The position numbers and the translations under genes were made by a program. 64,000 nucleotides of DNA from an uncultured Coriobacteriaceae bacterium (GTDB taxonomy: Bacteria > Actinomycetota > Coriobacteriia > Coriobacteriales > UMGS124). Location of the stretch: the NCBI GenBank assembly GCA_900539345.1, contig UQBS01000005.1:610-64609 (forward strand), written 5' to 3'. Below the pieces are notes generated by a model. The model had not been told where the DNA came from. It saw only the letters and a program-made list of their open reading frames with translations, and searched no databases. This document shows positions 1 through 8,365 of this stretch, in pieces (positions within the stretch are counted from its first letter, which is position 1; each line of letters starts with the position of its first letter).

Positions 1-186
1 AAGAGAAACATTATCAGCGTAATTGACGGAGTAGTAAGAAATGGGCGCAATATCGACGAAGCGTTGGATTACGTTGATGCAAAGATACTCGTTGGTATAC
101 TTAGCTTCGATGAAGATACCTGTCGCGCATGTAGACGCATATGGAAAACATTGCAAGCAAGGCGCCTCGGCAGAGGCACAAGATAG
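1..186 (+). CDS. 3' end of an unidentified ORF entering from the left edge (partial)
   Basis: Frame +1 is open from nt 1 to the TAG at 184-186 (...DEALDYVDAKILVGILSFDEDTCRACRRIWKTLQARRLGRGTR*). The stop lies 3 nt before the GTG at 190 of the McrB-like gene, so the two are probably in one operon. No recognisable domain in the 61 visible codons. Confidence 0.3.
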   Translation, partial: KRNIISVIDGVVRNGRNIDEALDYVDAKILVGILSFDEDTCRACRRIWKTLQARRLGRGTR

Positions 187-189
187 GCA

Positions 190-2397
190 GTGACTATAAT
201 GACCAGCGCAAAATTTACTTGGATTAGCTTTTATAAAGAGTTATCTGACAAGCTGCTGACCTATCGAGATAGGCGCGACGATCTGATAAACAAGCTAGCA
301 ACTGTCTATGAATCGATCGGGATGAGCCTCCCTAAGCTTGAGGCAGATGAGCTCCAAGACATCGATCCGTTCACCGTCTTCGGCCTCTTCAACAAGGGCA
401 TCACAGACGCAAACCGGAAGAAGATCGTCGCCGGAATCGCCGAGGTGTTCGACATTGGGGCAGATCAGCCCACGGACTTCGAGGGCATCCCCGTGCTCAA
501 CAACCTCAACGCGACCTTCTATGCCTTCGCCAACGACGAACGTCGCGGCGAGCACGACATCGATAACCTCTGGCACGTGTTCGAGGCCGAGCTTGTACTA
601 GCTGCAGACGATAGCGAAGAGAACCGCAAGGCATTCGTCGATGCATTCGATGCCGCCGTCATCCAGTTTTCGCTTGGCTGGAAGCTCACCATGGGCCTCT
701 ACTGGGCAAGGCCCTACAACTTCATCAGCCTGGACAAGCGCAACCGCTGGTTCATGGCCGACGCGGCAAAGGCTGGCTCCACCATTGCCGGCATAGTGCC
801 AAAGGAGAAGGACTCGGCGATTCACGACGGAGAGCGCTATCTCGACGGAGAGCGCTATCTCGCTATTTGCGATGCTGTCAAATCAGAGTTCGGAAGCAAC
901 GAATGCCCGTACGCAGACTTCCCCTCGCTGACGGCTACCGCCTTCGTGGAGTCTGAGCGCGTCAACCGTGAGAGAAAGGTCGCCGAGAAGGCTGCAGCCG
1001 AAAAGGCGGAAGAAAATTCCCTTGGAGACGAGGGGGTCAAGACCACACATTACTGGACTTACTCCCCGGGAGACGGTGCCGCGAGGTGGGATGACTTCTA
1101 CGCACGTGGCGTAATGGGCGTCGGCTGGAGCAAGCTCGGCAACGTCGAGAAATACGCCAGCAAGGAAGACATCCGCAAGAACCTGCGCACCCTGTACAGT
1201 AGCAAGTACTCGCAGAAGAACTCCGCACTCGCGCTCTGGCAGTTCTCGCGCGAAATCAAGCCGGGCGACGTTGTCTTTGCTAAGCGGGGCCGCAGCGTGA
1301 TTATTGGTCGCGGCATCGTTGAGGGGGATTACCAATTCGACGAAAATGGCGACTCCTATCCGAACATCCGCAGGGTACGCTGGACGAGCAGAGGAGAGTG
1401 GCACACGGAAGACCTCCTCGCCGTGAAGACCCTGACGGACATCACCGCCTATCCCGACCTCGTTGAGAAGCTCAACTCGTTCTTCGAGGACGAGGGCGGC
1501 GAAATCGAGGAAGACACGGAGGAGGTTGAATACCCGGCGTACACGTCCGAGGACTTCCTCTCGGAGGTCTACATGGACGGCGAGCACTACAGGGCCCTCG
1601 TCAACGCCCTGCGCGCGAAGAAGAACATCATCCTGCAGGGTGCCCCAGGCGTGGGCAAGACCTTCGCCGCAAAGCGCCTGGCCTACTCCATGATGGGCGT
1701 GAAGGACGCCGGGCGTGTGATGATGGTGCAGTTCCACCAGAGCTACAGCTACGAGGACTTCATAGAGGGGTTCCGCCCGAACGCGCAGGGCTTCGACCTC
1801 GAGAAGGGCGCGTTCTACAACTTCTGCAAGAATGCGAAGGACGATTCTGACAACGACTACTTCTTCATCATCGACGAAATCAACCGTGGCAACCTCTCGA
1901 AGATCTTCGGCGAGCTGTTCATGCTCATCGAGAACGACAAGCGCGGGCCCAGGAACACGCTGCAGCTCCTCTACTCGCACGAGCTGTTCTACGTCCCGAG
2001 CAACGTATACCTCATTGGTATGATGAACACAGCGGACCGCTCGCTCGCCATGCTCGACTACGCCCTGCGCCGCCGCTTCGCGTTCTTCGACCTCCGTCCC
2101 GCCTTCGACACGGAGAGCTTCATCGCCTATCAGGAGGGACTTGCCAGCGAGAAGTTCGATAGGCTCATCTCCTGCGTCGTGAAGCTGAACGAGGCGATCG
2201 CGTCCGACGAGTCGCTGGGAGACGGCTTCTGCATCGGCCATAGCTACTTCTGCCGCATGTCCCCGGACGATGTGACGGACGATAAGCTCTCGGCAATCGT
2301 CAACTACGAGCTCGTGCCGATGTTGCGCGAGTACTGGTTCGACGAGCCCACCAAGGTCGACGAGTGGGCCGGCAAGTTGCGCAGGTCAATCCGGTGA
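190..2397 (+). CDS. mcrB: McrB-like AAA+ GTPase subunit of a type IV (modification-dependent) restriction system, with a long N-terminal extension
   Basis: The C-terminal third carries McrB hallmarks: Walker A ILQGAPGVGKTF, FHQSYSYEDFIEGFRP, FFIIDEINRGNLSKIFGELF, MMNTADRSLAMLDYALRRRF. Start is GTG 190 or ATG 199. Residues about 285-410 look like a small Trp-rich beta-barrel (PUA/EVE-like); this is an inference. Confidence 0.85.
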   Translation: MTIMTSAKFTWISFYKELSDKLLTYRDRRDDLINKLATVYESIGMSLPKLEADELQDIDPFTVFGLFNKGITDANRKKIVAGIAEVFDIGADQPTDFEGIPVLNNLNATFYAFANDERRGEHDIDNLWHVFEAELVLAADDSEENRKAFVDAFDAAVIQFSLGWKLTMGLYWARPYNFISLDKRNRWFMADAAKAGSTIAGIVPKEKDSAIHDGERYLDGERYLAICDAVKSEFGSNECPYADFPSLTATAFVESERVNRERKVAEKAAAEKAEENSLGDEGVKTTHYWTYSPGDGAARWDDFYARGVMGVGWSKLGNVEKYASKEDIRKNLRTLYSSKYSQKNSALALWQFSREIKPGDVVFAKRGRSVIIGRGIVEGDYQFDENGDSYPNIRRVRWTSRGEWHTEDLLAVKTLTDITAYPDLVEKLNSFFEDEGGEIEEDTEEVEYPAYTSEDFLSEVYMDGEHYRALVNALRAKKNIILQGAPGVGKTFAAKRLAYSMMGVKDAGRVMMVQFHQSYSYEDFIEGFRPNAQGFDLEKGAFYNFCKNAKDDSDNDYFFIIDEINRGNLSKIFGELFMLIENDKRGPRNTLQLLYSHELFYVPSNVYLIGMMNTADRSLAMLDYALRRRFAFFDLRPAFDTESFIAYQEGLASEKFDRLISCVVKLNEAIASDESLGDGFCIGHSYFCRMSPDDVTDDKLSAIVNYELVPMLREYWFDEPTKVDEWAGKLRRSIR

Positions 2398-3479
2398 TCC
2401 GGATACAGAACATCTACCACATGCTCGCCTATGCGTTCCAGACGCTGCAAGGGCAGGGCTACCGCGACATCACAGCCGAGGAGTTCGACAACACCGCCGA
2501 CCTCCTCGCCGAGATACTGTCACGGGGCGTGAGCCTGCAGCTCAAGCGCGGTCTTGGCCGAGAGTACGTCGACCGCAAGGATATGCTCTCCTCACCGAGG
2601 GGCAAGATTGAGCTGTCCGAGTCCTTGAAGACGCGCTCAATTCTGCGCAGGCAGCTGGTTTGCAGCTACGACGAGTTCAGCACGGACACGCGCATGAACC
2701 GCATCCTCAAGGCGACGATCATGCTCTTGATTCGCTCGGACATCGACAAGGCGCGCAGGAAGGCACTTAGACGGCTGCTTCCGTACTTCGTGGACGTGGA
2801 AGACGTGAACCTTTCGGGCGAAGACTGGCACATGCGCTTCGACCGGAACAACCAGACTTATCGCATGCTCATGAACGTATGCTGGCTGGTCGTGAAGGGC
2901 CTTCTCCAGACGCGGGAAAGCGGGAGTCTCCGCATGATGGACTTCCTCGACGAGCAGCGAATGAGCCACCTGTACGAGAAGTTCATCCTCGAGTACTACA
3001 GACGTGAGCACCCAGGGCTTTCCGCGGGGGCGCCGTACATCAGCTGGGCACTCGACGACGGCTTCGGCGATATGCTCCCCGCCATGCACACCGACATAAC
3101 GCTCACATGGGGCAGGACCGTCCTCATCATCGACGCAAAGTACTACAGTCACACGACGCAGCAGCAATTCGACAAGCAAAGCGTCCACTCCGGCAACCTG
3201 TACCAGATCTTCACCTACGTGAAGAACAAGGAAGCGGAGCTCGCCAGCACTCACGAACAGCATAGCGTGTCGGGCATGCTGCTCTACGCCAAGACCGACG
3301 AAGACGTGCAGCCTGATGGTGTGTATCAGATGAGCGGTAACCAGATAAGCGTGAGGACATTGGACCTGAACCAGCCCTTCGAGACAATACGTTCGCAGCT
3401 CGACGGTATTGCTGAAGCTCATTTCTCTATAGCAATGGGCGCGACTTCGGAAGACGCCGCGCCCATTGGCAAACATTAA
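2394..3479 (+). CDS. mcrC: McrC-like nuclease subunit (PD-(D/E)xK)
   Basis: Lies directly downstream of mcrB. GTG 2394 overlaps the mcrB TGA (GTGA coupling). Nuclease-like motif TDITLTWGRTVLIIDAKYY. Size and position are typical of McrC. The ORF track starts it at 2364, but that start overlaps mcrB by 34 nt. Confidence 0.8.
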   Translation: MIRIQNIYHMLAYAFQTLQGQGYRDITAEEFDNTADLLAEILSRGVSLQLKRGLGREYVDRKDMLSSPRGKIELSESLKTRSILRRQLVCSYDEFSTDTRMNRILKATIMLLIRSDIDKARRKALRRLLPYFVDVEDVNLSGEDWHMRFDRNNQTYRMLMNVCWLVVKGLLQTRESGSLRMMDFLDEQRMSHLYEKFILEYYRREHPGLSAGAPYISWALDDGFGDMLPAMHTDITLTWGRTVLIIDAKYYSHTTQQQFDKQSVHSGNLYQIFTYVKNKEAELASTHEQHSVSGMLLYAKTDEDVQPDGVYQMSGNQISVRTLDLNQPFETIRSQLDGIAEAHFSIAMGATSEDAAPIGKH

Positions 3480-3525
3480 CTGGAAGAATCGTTGTTGGAG
3501 GCTTGGTATTGAATCAAGGTGCGCC

Positions 3526-4497
3526 TTACTTTAGATATTCCTCAAAGAACGCTTTCAGCTTTTCGAACGGAATGATATCCATCTGATCGTAGAGGTCGGT
3601 ATGGCTGGCGCCGGGGATAATGAGCAATTCCTTGTTGTCTCCGGTCAGCTTGCCGTACGCGGTTTCGCTGAAATAGCGTGAGTGCGCCTTCTCGCCGTGC
3701 ACCAGCAGCACGGCGGAGCGGATCTCGCCGGCGTACTGCAAGATCGGCATATTCAAAAACGACAGCGAGGACGTCACATTCCAACCGCCATTGGAGCCCA
3801 GGCTGCGGGGATGGTAGCCTCGCGGAGTCTTGTAGTAGGCGTAATAGTCCGCCACAAACTGCGGCGCGTCATCGGGCAGCTGATCGACCACGCCGCCCGC
3901 CAGCGCGTAGCTGTCATTTTTATAGTCCTCGGTGCGCTGCGCGTTCAGCGCTTTACGCTTTTCAAAGCGCGCCTGCTCAGAATCCTCGGCGTCAAAATAG
4001 CCGTTTGCGATCACGCGGGTCATGTCGTACATCGTCATAGCAGCAGTAGCCTTGATACGGGTGTCGATGGCTGCGGCGTTGATTGCCATGCCGCCCCAAC
4101 CGCAGATGCCGATGATGCCGATGCGCTCCGGATCAACGCTTTCCTGCACAGAAAGGAAATCCACCGCTGCGCAGAAGTCCTCGGTGTTGATGTCCGGCGA
4201 TGCCACATAGCGGGGCGTACCGCCGCTCTCACCGGTATAGGACGGGTCGAAGGCAATCGCGAAAAAGCCCAGCCCCGCCATTTTCTGCGCATAAAGGCCG
4301 GACGTTTGCTCCTTCACCGCGCCAAACGGACCGCTGACGGCGATGGCAGGCAGCTTGCCTTCCACATTCTTCGGCACGTAGACGTCGGCCGCCAGCGTGA
4401 TGCCGTATCGGTTGTGGAAGGTCGCCTTGCCGTGCTCAACCTTGTCGCTTTTGGGAAACACCTTGTCCCATTCCTGCGCCAGATGCAACTGTTCCAT
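3526..4497 (-). CDS. alpha/beta-hydrolase fold protein (dienelactone-hydrolase/peptidase S15-like)
   Basis: 323 aa. Has a nucleophile-elbow-like GICGWGG and a C-terminal LLIIPGASHTDLY (catalytic His region). Substrate unknown. Confidence 0.7.
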   Translation of the reverse strand: MEQLHLAQEWDKVFPKSDKVEHGKATFHNRYGITLAADVYVPKNVEGKLPAIAVSGPFGAVKEQTSGLYAQKMAGLGFFAIAFDPSYTGESGGTPRYVASPDINTEDFCAAVDFLSVQESVDPERIGIIGICGWGGMAINAAAIDTRIKATAAMTMYDMTRVIANGYFDAEDSEQARFEKRKALNAQRTEDYKNDSYALAGGVVDQLPDDAPQFVADYYAYYKTPRGYHPRSLGSNGGWNVTSSLSFLNMPILQYAGEIRSAVLLVHGEKAHSRYFSETAYGKLTGDNKELLIIPGASHTDLYDQMDIIPFEKLKAFFEEYLK

Positions 4498-4499
4498 GC

Positions 4500-5264
4500 C
4501 TAGGCCTCCTTGTCAGTCGCTTTAAAGTATTGCTCGTCGTCCACGGGCTCCAACCACTCGTTGGAGGTCTCCTCGCCCGGAACCTCCAGCGCGAGATGGG
4601 AGAACCAGCTGTCGGGCACCGCACCGTGCCAGTGCTTTACGCCCGCGGGAATATTTACTACATCGCCAGGGCACAGCTCTTGTGCCGGTTTGCCCCATTC
4701 CTGGTAAAGCCCTCGACCAGCCACGCAGACGAGGATCTGTCCGCCACCGCTTTTGGCGTGATGTGTGTGCCAGTTGTTGCGGCAGCCGGGCTCAAACGTC
4801 ACGTTGTAGACGCCGACCTGCTCGGTGGAAAGGGGCGCGAGGTAGCTTTGCCCGATAAAGTACTTCGCGAATACGTCGTTGGGAGCACCGATAGGAAAGG
4901 CCATCTCGTTTTGATGCTCAGTTCTTGCATCAGCGGCATCGCCATCTGCCCAGACCTCCTTCGCCATGCGAAAAGCCGCCCACGCCTTGGGCCATCCCGC
5001 GTAAAACGCCGCGTGCGTAAGGATTTCCGCTATCTCCGTCCTAGTCACGCCATTATTCTTTGCGGACATCAGATGATATTGGAACGAAGAGTCCGTCAGC
5101 CCCTGCGCCATTAGGGCAACCACCGTCACTATGCTGCGGTCGCGCAAGGAAAGCTCGCCCTCCCGGCTCCACACCTCGCCGAACAGCACATCATCGTTGA
5201 GCTGCGCGAATTTGGGGGCGAAGTCCCCCAGGGCATCCCTGCCCGCCGTCTGCTTAATCGTCAT
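4500..5264 (-). CDS. carboxymuconolactone decarboxylase (CMD/AhpD-like) domain fused to a cupin domain
   Basis: The N-terminal half matches the CMD-family pattern (LSLRDRSIVTVVALMAQG...EILTHAAFYAGWPKA). The C-terminal half has cupin motifs (NNWHTHHAKSGGGQILV ... GDVVNIPAGVKHWHGA). Confidence 0.75.
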   Translation of the reverse strand: MTIKQTAGRDALGDFAPKFAQLNDDVLFGEVWSREGELSLRDRSIVTVVALMAQGLTDSSFQYHLMSAKNNGVTRTEIAEILTHAAFYAGWPKAWAAFRMAKEVWADGDAADARTEHQNEMAFPIGAPNDVFAKYFIGQSYLAPLSTEQVGVYNVTFEPGCRNNWHTHHAKSGGGQILVCVAGRGLYQEWGKPAQELCPGDVVNIPAGVKHWHGAVPDSWFSHLALEVPGEETSNEWLEPVDDEQYFKATDKEA

Positions 5265-5325
5265 GTTTGATTCCTCCTGTCGATGGTTTTGAGTGCAAAA
5301 CTGCTTCCGTGCAGCTGAGCCGCGC

Positions 5326-5865
5326 CTAGGCTCCCATGCCCATTCGTCGTGCTTGCTCCAGAGCGGGATGCCCAGCGATTTCGCCCACGCCGTTCACGCC
5401 GCCGGCGAAAACCGTTCCAGCAAGCGTGCAGCGCGAGAAGCAGTCGACCCATCCCTGCACTGCCTTTTTGGCGCCGTCGAAGGTCGAGCGCCCTTCCTCC
5501 GCCGCCGTCGCCAACAGATACGCCTCGGTGAATGCGTAATCGGAGCCGAAGAGCGGGTTGGCGCGGTCCAGCATGGTCTTGAGCTGGCCACAGACGCTGT
5601 AGTAGTAGACGGGCGTTGCGAACACCAACACATCCGCATCGTGCATTTTGGCGGCAATTTCCGCGGCATCGTCTTGGATGACACAATGCCCCAGCTTTAG
5701 GCAGGCAAGGCAGCCCTTGCAGAAGCCTAGCTGCTTTTCGCGCAGGTGCACGATCTCCACGCTGTGACCCGCTTCCCGTGCGCCTTTAGCGAAAGCATCC
5801 GCCAACGTCTCGGAATTGCCATTCTTTCGAGGGCTTGAAGAAACTATCAAAACCGCTTTGCCCAT
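5326..5865 (-). CDS. flavodoxin-like NADPH-dependent FMN reductase / iron-sulfur flavoprotein
   Basis: MGKAVLIVSSSPRKNGNSE... followed by CKGCLACLKLGHC (Cys cluster) and ADVLVFATPVYYYS. ATG at 5865 is preceded by AAGGAG. The upstream part of the 260-aa ORF in the track is discarded. Confidence 0.75.
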   Translation of the reverse strand: MGKAVLIVSSSPRKNGNSETLADAFAKGAREAGHSVEIVHLREKQLGFCKGCLACLKLGHCVIQDDAAEIAAKMHDADVLVFATPVYYYSVCGQLKTMLDRANPLFGSDYAFTEAYLLATAAEEGRSTFDGAKKAVQGWVDCFSRCTLAGTVFAGGVNGVGEIAGHPALEQARRMGMGA

Positions 5866-5916
5866 TACGGAGTACTCCTTGCATTCCCGATTTATATTGA
5901 CGAGAATGAAGGTAAT

Positions 5917-5936
5917 ACCTAAACCTGACTTTAGGT
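5917..5936. promoter_or_regulatory. perfect 7-6-7 palindrome in the divergent MerR/flavoprotein intergenic region (candidate MerR operator)
   Basis: ACCTAAA-CCTGAC-TTTAGGT read directly. It lies between the divergent starts at 5865 (-) and 5970 (+), and a TTGACG hexamer sits at 5897-5902. Confidence 0.5.
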
Positions 5937-5969
5937 CAAGGAGTGTACTCGATATTTTTCGGAGGAGCC

Positions 5970-6410
5970 ATGTACACAATCGGACAGGTGGCGGAGATGT
6001 TCGGCTTGCCCGTCTCCACGCTGCGGTATTACGACAAGCAGGGGTTGTTCCCGGGATTGGAGCGGACATCTGGCATTCGCCGATTCGGCGATACGGAACT
6101 CGAGGCACTCCGAGTCATCGAATGCCTGAAGAAGGCCGGGATGGAGATCAAGGACATCCGACTGTTCATGGAATGGTGCGCGGAGGGCCCATCAACATAC
6201 CCCAAGCGTAAGGCCATGTTCGAGGAACGAAAGGCCCACATGGAATCGGAGATTGCGAAGATGAACCGCGCGCTGGACATGCTGAAGTTCAAATGCTGGT
6301 ACTACGAGCAGGCGATTCAAGATGGCAACGAGGACAGGCTGAAGGCGCTGGTTCCCGACGGTTTGCCGGGAGAAATCAAAGAAGCCTACGAAAACGCCCA
6401 CGCTCAATAA
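5970..6410 (+). CDS. MerR-family transcriptional regulator
   Basis: N-terminus MYTIGQVAEMFGLPVSTLRYYDKQGLFP is a canonical MerR HTH, followed by a coiled-coil dimerisation helix. A GGAGGAG RBS precedes ATG 5970. Confidence 0.85.
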   Translation: MYTIGQVAEMFGLPVSTLRYYDKQGLFPGLERTSGIRRFGDTELEALRVIECLKKAGMEIKDIRLFMEWCAEGPSTYPKRKAMFEERKAHMESEIAKMNRALDMLKFKCWYYEQAIQDGNEDRLKALVPDGLPGEIKEAYENAHAQ

Positions 6411-6465
6411 TGCCATCCGATGCTCAAGGGGCTTCGGACGGGGATTCCTTTCCAGGTAGGCATGC

Positions 6466-6500
6466 AAAAAGAAAGCCTCCGAACCAGAGAGTTCGGAGGC
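6466..6500 (-). terminator. rho-independent terminator between convergent guaA and merR (strong on the minus strand)
   Basis: Perfect 10-bp stem GCCTCCGAAC / GTTCGGAGGC with a 6-nt loop. On the minus strand it is followed by TTTCTTTTTG. Confidence 0.7.
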
Positions 6501-6605
6501 CGTTATTCCCACTATTTCGCTGGTGGCTTTGCCCTTGGGAGGCGCCGAAGCACTACCAGGCGGTACTCGGCGGTATCAAAACGCGAGTTCAGAAACCAGT
6601 TCCCG

Positions 6606-8201
6606 TTACTCCCACTCGATGGTTGCCGGGGGCTTGCTCGTGATGTCGTAGCACACGCGGTTGGCACCGGGGACCTCGGCCACGATGCGGCCGGAGACCT
6701 TGGCCAGCACGTCGTAGGGCAGCTTGGCCCAGTCGGCGGTCATGGCGTCGGAGCTCTCAACGGCACGCAGGATGATGGGGCGCTGATAGGTGCGCTCGTC
6801 GCCCATAACGCCCACGCTCTTGATGTCAGGCAGCACCGCGAAGTACTGCCAGCAGCTGTGCTCGGAATTGCGCTCGCCCGTCTCCTGGAAAAGGCGCTCG
6901 TTGTAGGCGTCGAGCTCCTCACGCACGATGGCATCGGCGTTCTTAAGAATCTCAAGCTTCTCGGCGTCGATGGAGCCGATGATGCGAATGGCCAGGCCAG
7001 GGCCGGGGAACGGCTGGCGGTAGACGATGTGATCGGGAAGGCCGAGGGCAAGGCCAAGCTCGCGTACTTCGTCCTTGAAGAAGTGGTCGAGCGGCTCGAT
7101 GAGGTCGAAGTGCACGCCCTCGGGGAACGGGATGAGGTTGTGGTGGCTCTTGATGGTAGCAGTCTTGCCGCCCGTCTTGCGCGCACCGCTCTCGATGATG
7201 TCGGGATAGATGGTACCCTGCGCCATGAACTGCACGAGGCGGCCGTCTTCGGCAATGTCCTGCGCCACGGTGAAGAACTCGTTCCAGAACTGGGTGCCAA
7301 TGATGTGGCGCTTCTGCTCGGGATCACTCACGCCCTCGAGAAGCTTGAGGTAGCGCTCCTCGGCATGCACGTGCACGAAGTCGACGTCGAACTGCTTGGT
7401 GAAGACTTCCTCGACCTGCTCGGGCTCGCCCTTGCGCAGAAGGCCATGATTCACGAAGACGCACGTAAGCTGCTTGCCGATGGCGCGGGCACACAGAGCT
7501 GCGACCACAGAGGAGTCGACGCCGCCCGACAGACCCAGGATGACACGGGCATCGCCCACCTGTTCGCGAATCTCAGCAACCTTCTGCTCAACGATATTGT
7601 CCATGGTCCACGTGGGTTCAAGGCCGGCGATGTTGAACAGGAAGTTGGAGAGCAGCTCCTTGCCATGCGGGGTGTGGCGCACCTCAGGATGGAACTGCGT
7701 AGTATAGATGCGCTTGCTCGCGCACTCCATCGCAGCCACAGGGCACACGTCGGTGGAAGCGGTAACAGTGAAGCCCTCGGGCACCACAGAGACGGCATCG
7801 CGGTGGCTCATCCACACGCTCTGCTCCTCGGGCGTGCCGTCGAAGAGCTGCGAGGCGCCCTTGCGGTGCAGATCGGCATGACCGTACTCGCCCACCTCGG
7901 AATGGCCGACGGTGCCGCCAAGCGTGACGGCCGTAATCTGATGACCATAGCAGAAACCAAGAATGGGAACACCGAGCTCAAAGATGGCAGGATCGACCTT
8001 GGGGGCGTCCTCGGCATACACGCTGGCGGGGCCACCCGACAGGATGAGGGCAGCAGGGTGCATGTCAGCAAGCTCGGCTGCGGAGATATCGCACGGGACG
8101 ATCTCGGAATAGACATGAAGGTCACGCACACGGCGGGCGATGAGCTGGCCGTATTGCGCACCAAAGTCAAGAACGTAAACTACCTGGTCGGTGGTCGCCA
8201 T
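6606..8201 (-). CDS. guaA: GMP synthase (glutamine-hydrolysing)
   Basis: MATTDQVVYVLDFGAQYGQLIARRVR..., GFCYGHQ (GATase), SGGVDSSV (PP-loop), C-terminal PPATIEWE. ATG 8201 chosen; the upstream 38 codons in the track are non-homologous. Confidence 0.95.
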   Translation of the reverse strand: MATTDQVVYVLDFGAQYGQLIARRVRDLHVYSEIVPCDISAAELADMHPAALILSGGPASVYAEDAPKVDPAIFELGVPILGFCYGHQITAVTLGGTVGHSEVGEYGHADLHRKGASQLFDGTPEEQSVWMSHRDAVSVVPEGFTVTASTDVCPVAAMECASKRIYTTQFHPEVRHTPHGKELLSNFLFNIAGLEPTWTMDNIVEQKVAEIREQVGDARVILGLSGGVDSSVVAALCARAIGKQLTCVFVNHGLLRKGEPEQVEEVFTKQFDVDFVHVHAEERYLKLLEGVSDPEQKRHIIGTQFWNEFFTVAQDIAEDGRLVQFMAQGTIYPDIIESGARKTGGKTATIKSHHNLIPFPEGVHFDLIEPLDHFFKDEVRELGLALGLPDHIVYRQPFPGPGLAIRIIGSIDAEKLEILKNADAIVREELDAYNERLFQETGERNSEHSCWQYFAVLPDIKSVGVMGDERTYQRPIILRAVESSDAMTADWAKLPYDVLAKVSGRIVAEVPGANRVCYDITSKPPATIEWE

Positions 8202-8365
8202 CGGTTTGTGCTCCCTACTTCTACAAAAACAGATACTCGCGCTTTCGAACTCAAATAAAGTTGCAACCGTTTTAACAGACGTTCGATTATGGCATCCCGA
8301 CACGCGACGTTGCACGCCGGGATGCCAACATCAATCAAGCGCAGTCAAAAAAACAGTTGCAAAAT

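Noticed and set aside
5866-6108. N-terminal 81-codon extension of the flavoprotein ORF (the track starts it at 6108).
   Set aside because: The extension overlaps the MerR gene and the divergent promoter region. It has no homology, and a canonical AAGGAG-ATG start exists at 5865, directly before the flavodoxin-like N-terminus.
6420-8258. Very long ORFs antisense to real genes. Examples: 6420-8258 (+, 612 aa) opposite guaA; 883-2241 (-) opposite mcrB; 9351-10820 (+) opposite the cytochrome; 12498-14393 (+) opposite lysS; 21520-23265 (+) opposite metG; 26079-27611 (+) opposite echAB; 45602-47188 (+) opposite murC; 49953-51578 (+) opposite murD/mraY; 55785-57422 (+) opposite rsmH/mraZ.
   Set aside because: Their translations are low-complexity, rich in Arg, Ala, Gly, Val, His, Asp and Leu, and have no recognisable motifs. 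The opposite strand encodes textbook proteins across the full length. Stop-poor antisense frames are an expected artefact of high-GC codon usage.
8202-8365. Purine riboswitch or PurR-type PurBox pair in the guaA upstream region. The region contains AATCGAACG ... GTTCGAAAG, the palindrome GTTGCAAC and a 9-bp hairpin GGCATCCCG/CGGGATGCC.
   Set aside because: No match to the conserved purine-riboswitch junction nucleotides. The CGAAC/GTTCG half-sites are 31 nt apart rather than the 16-17 nt of Bacillus PurBoxes, and each deviates from the consensus. This is too weak to call without comparative data, though it may still be some operator.
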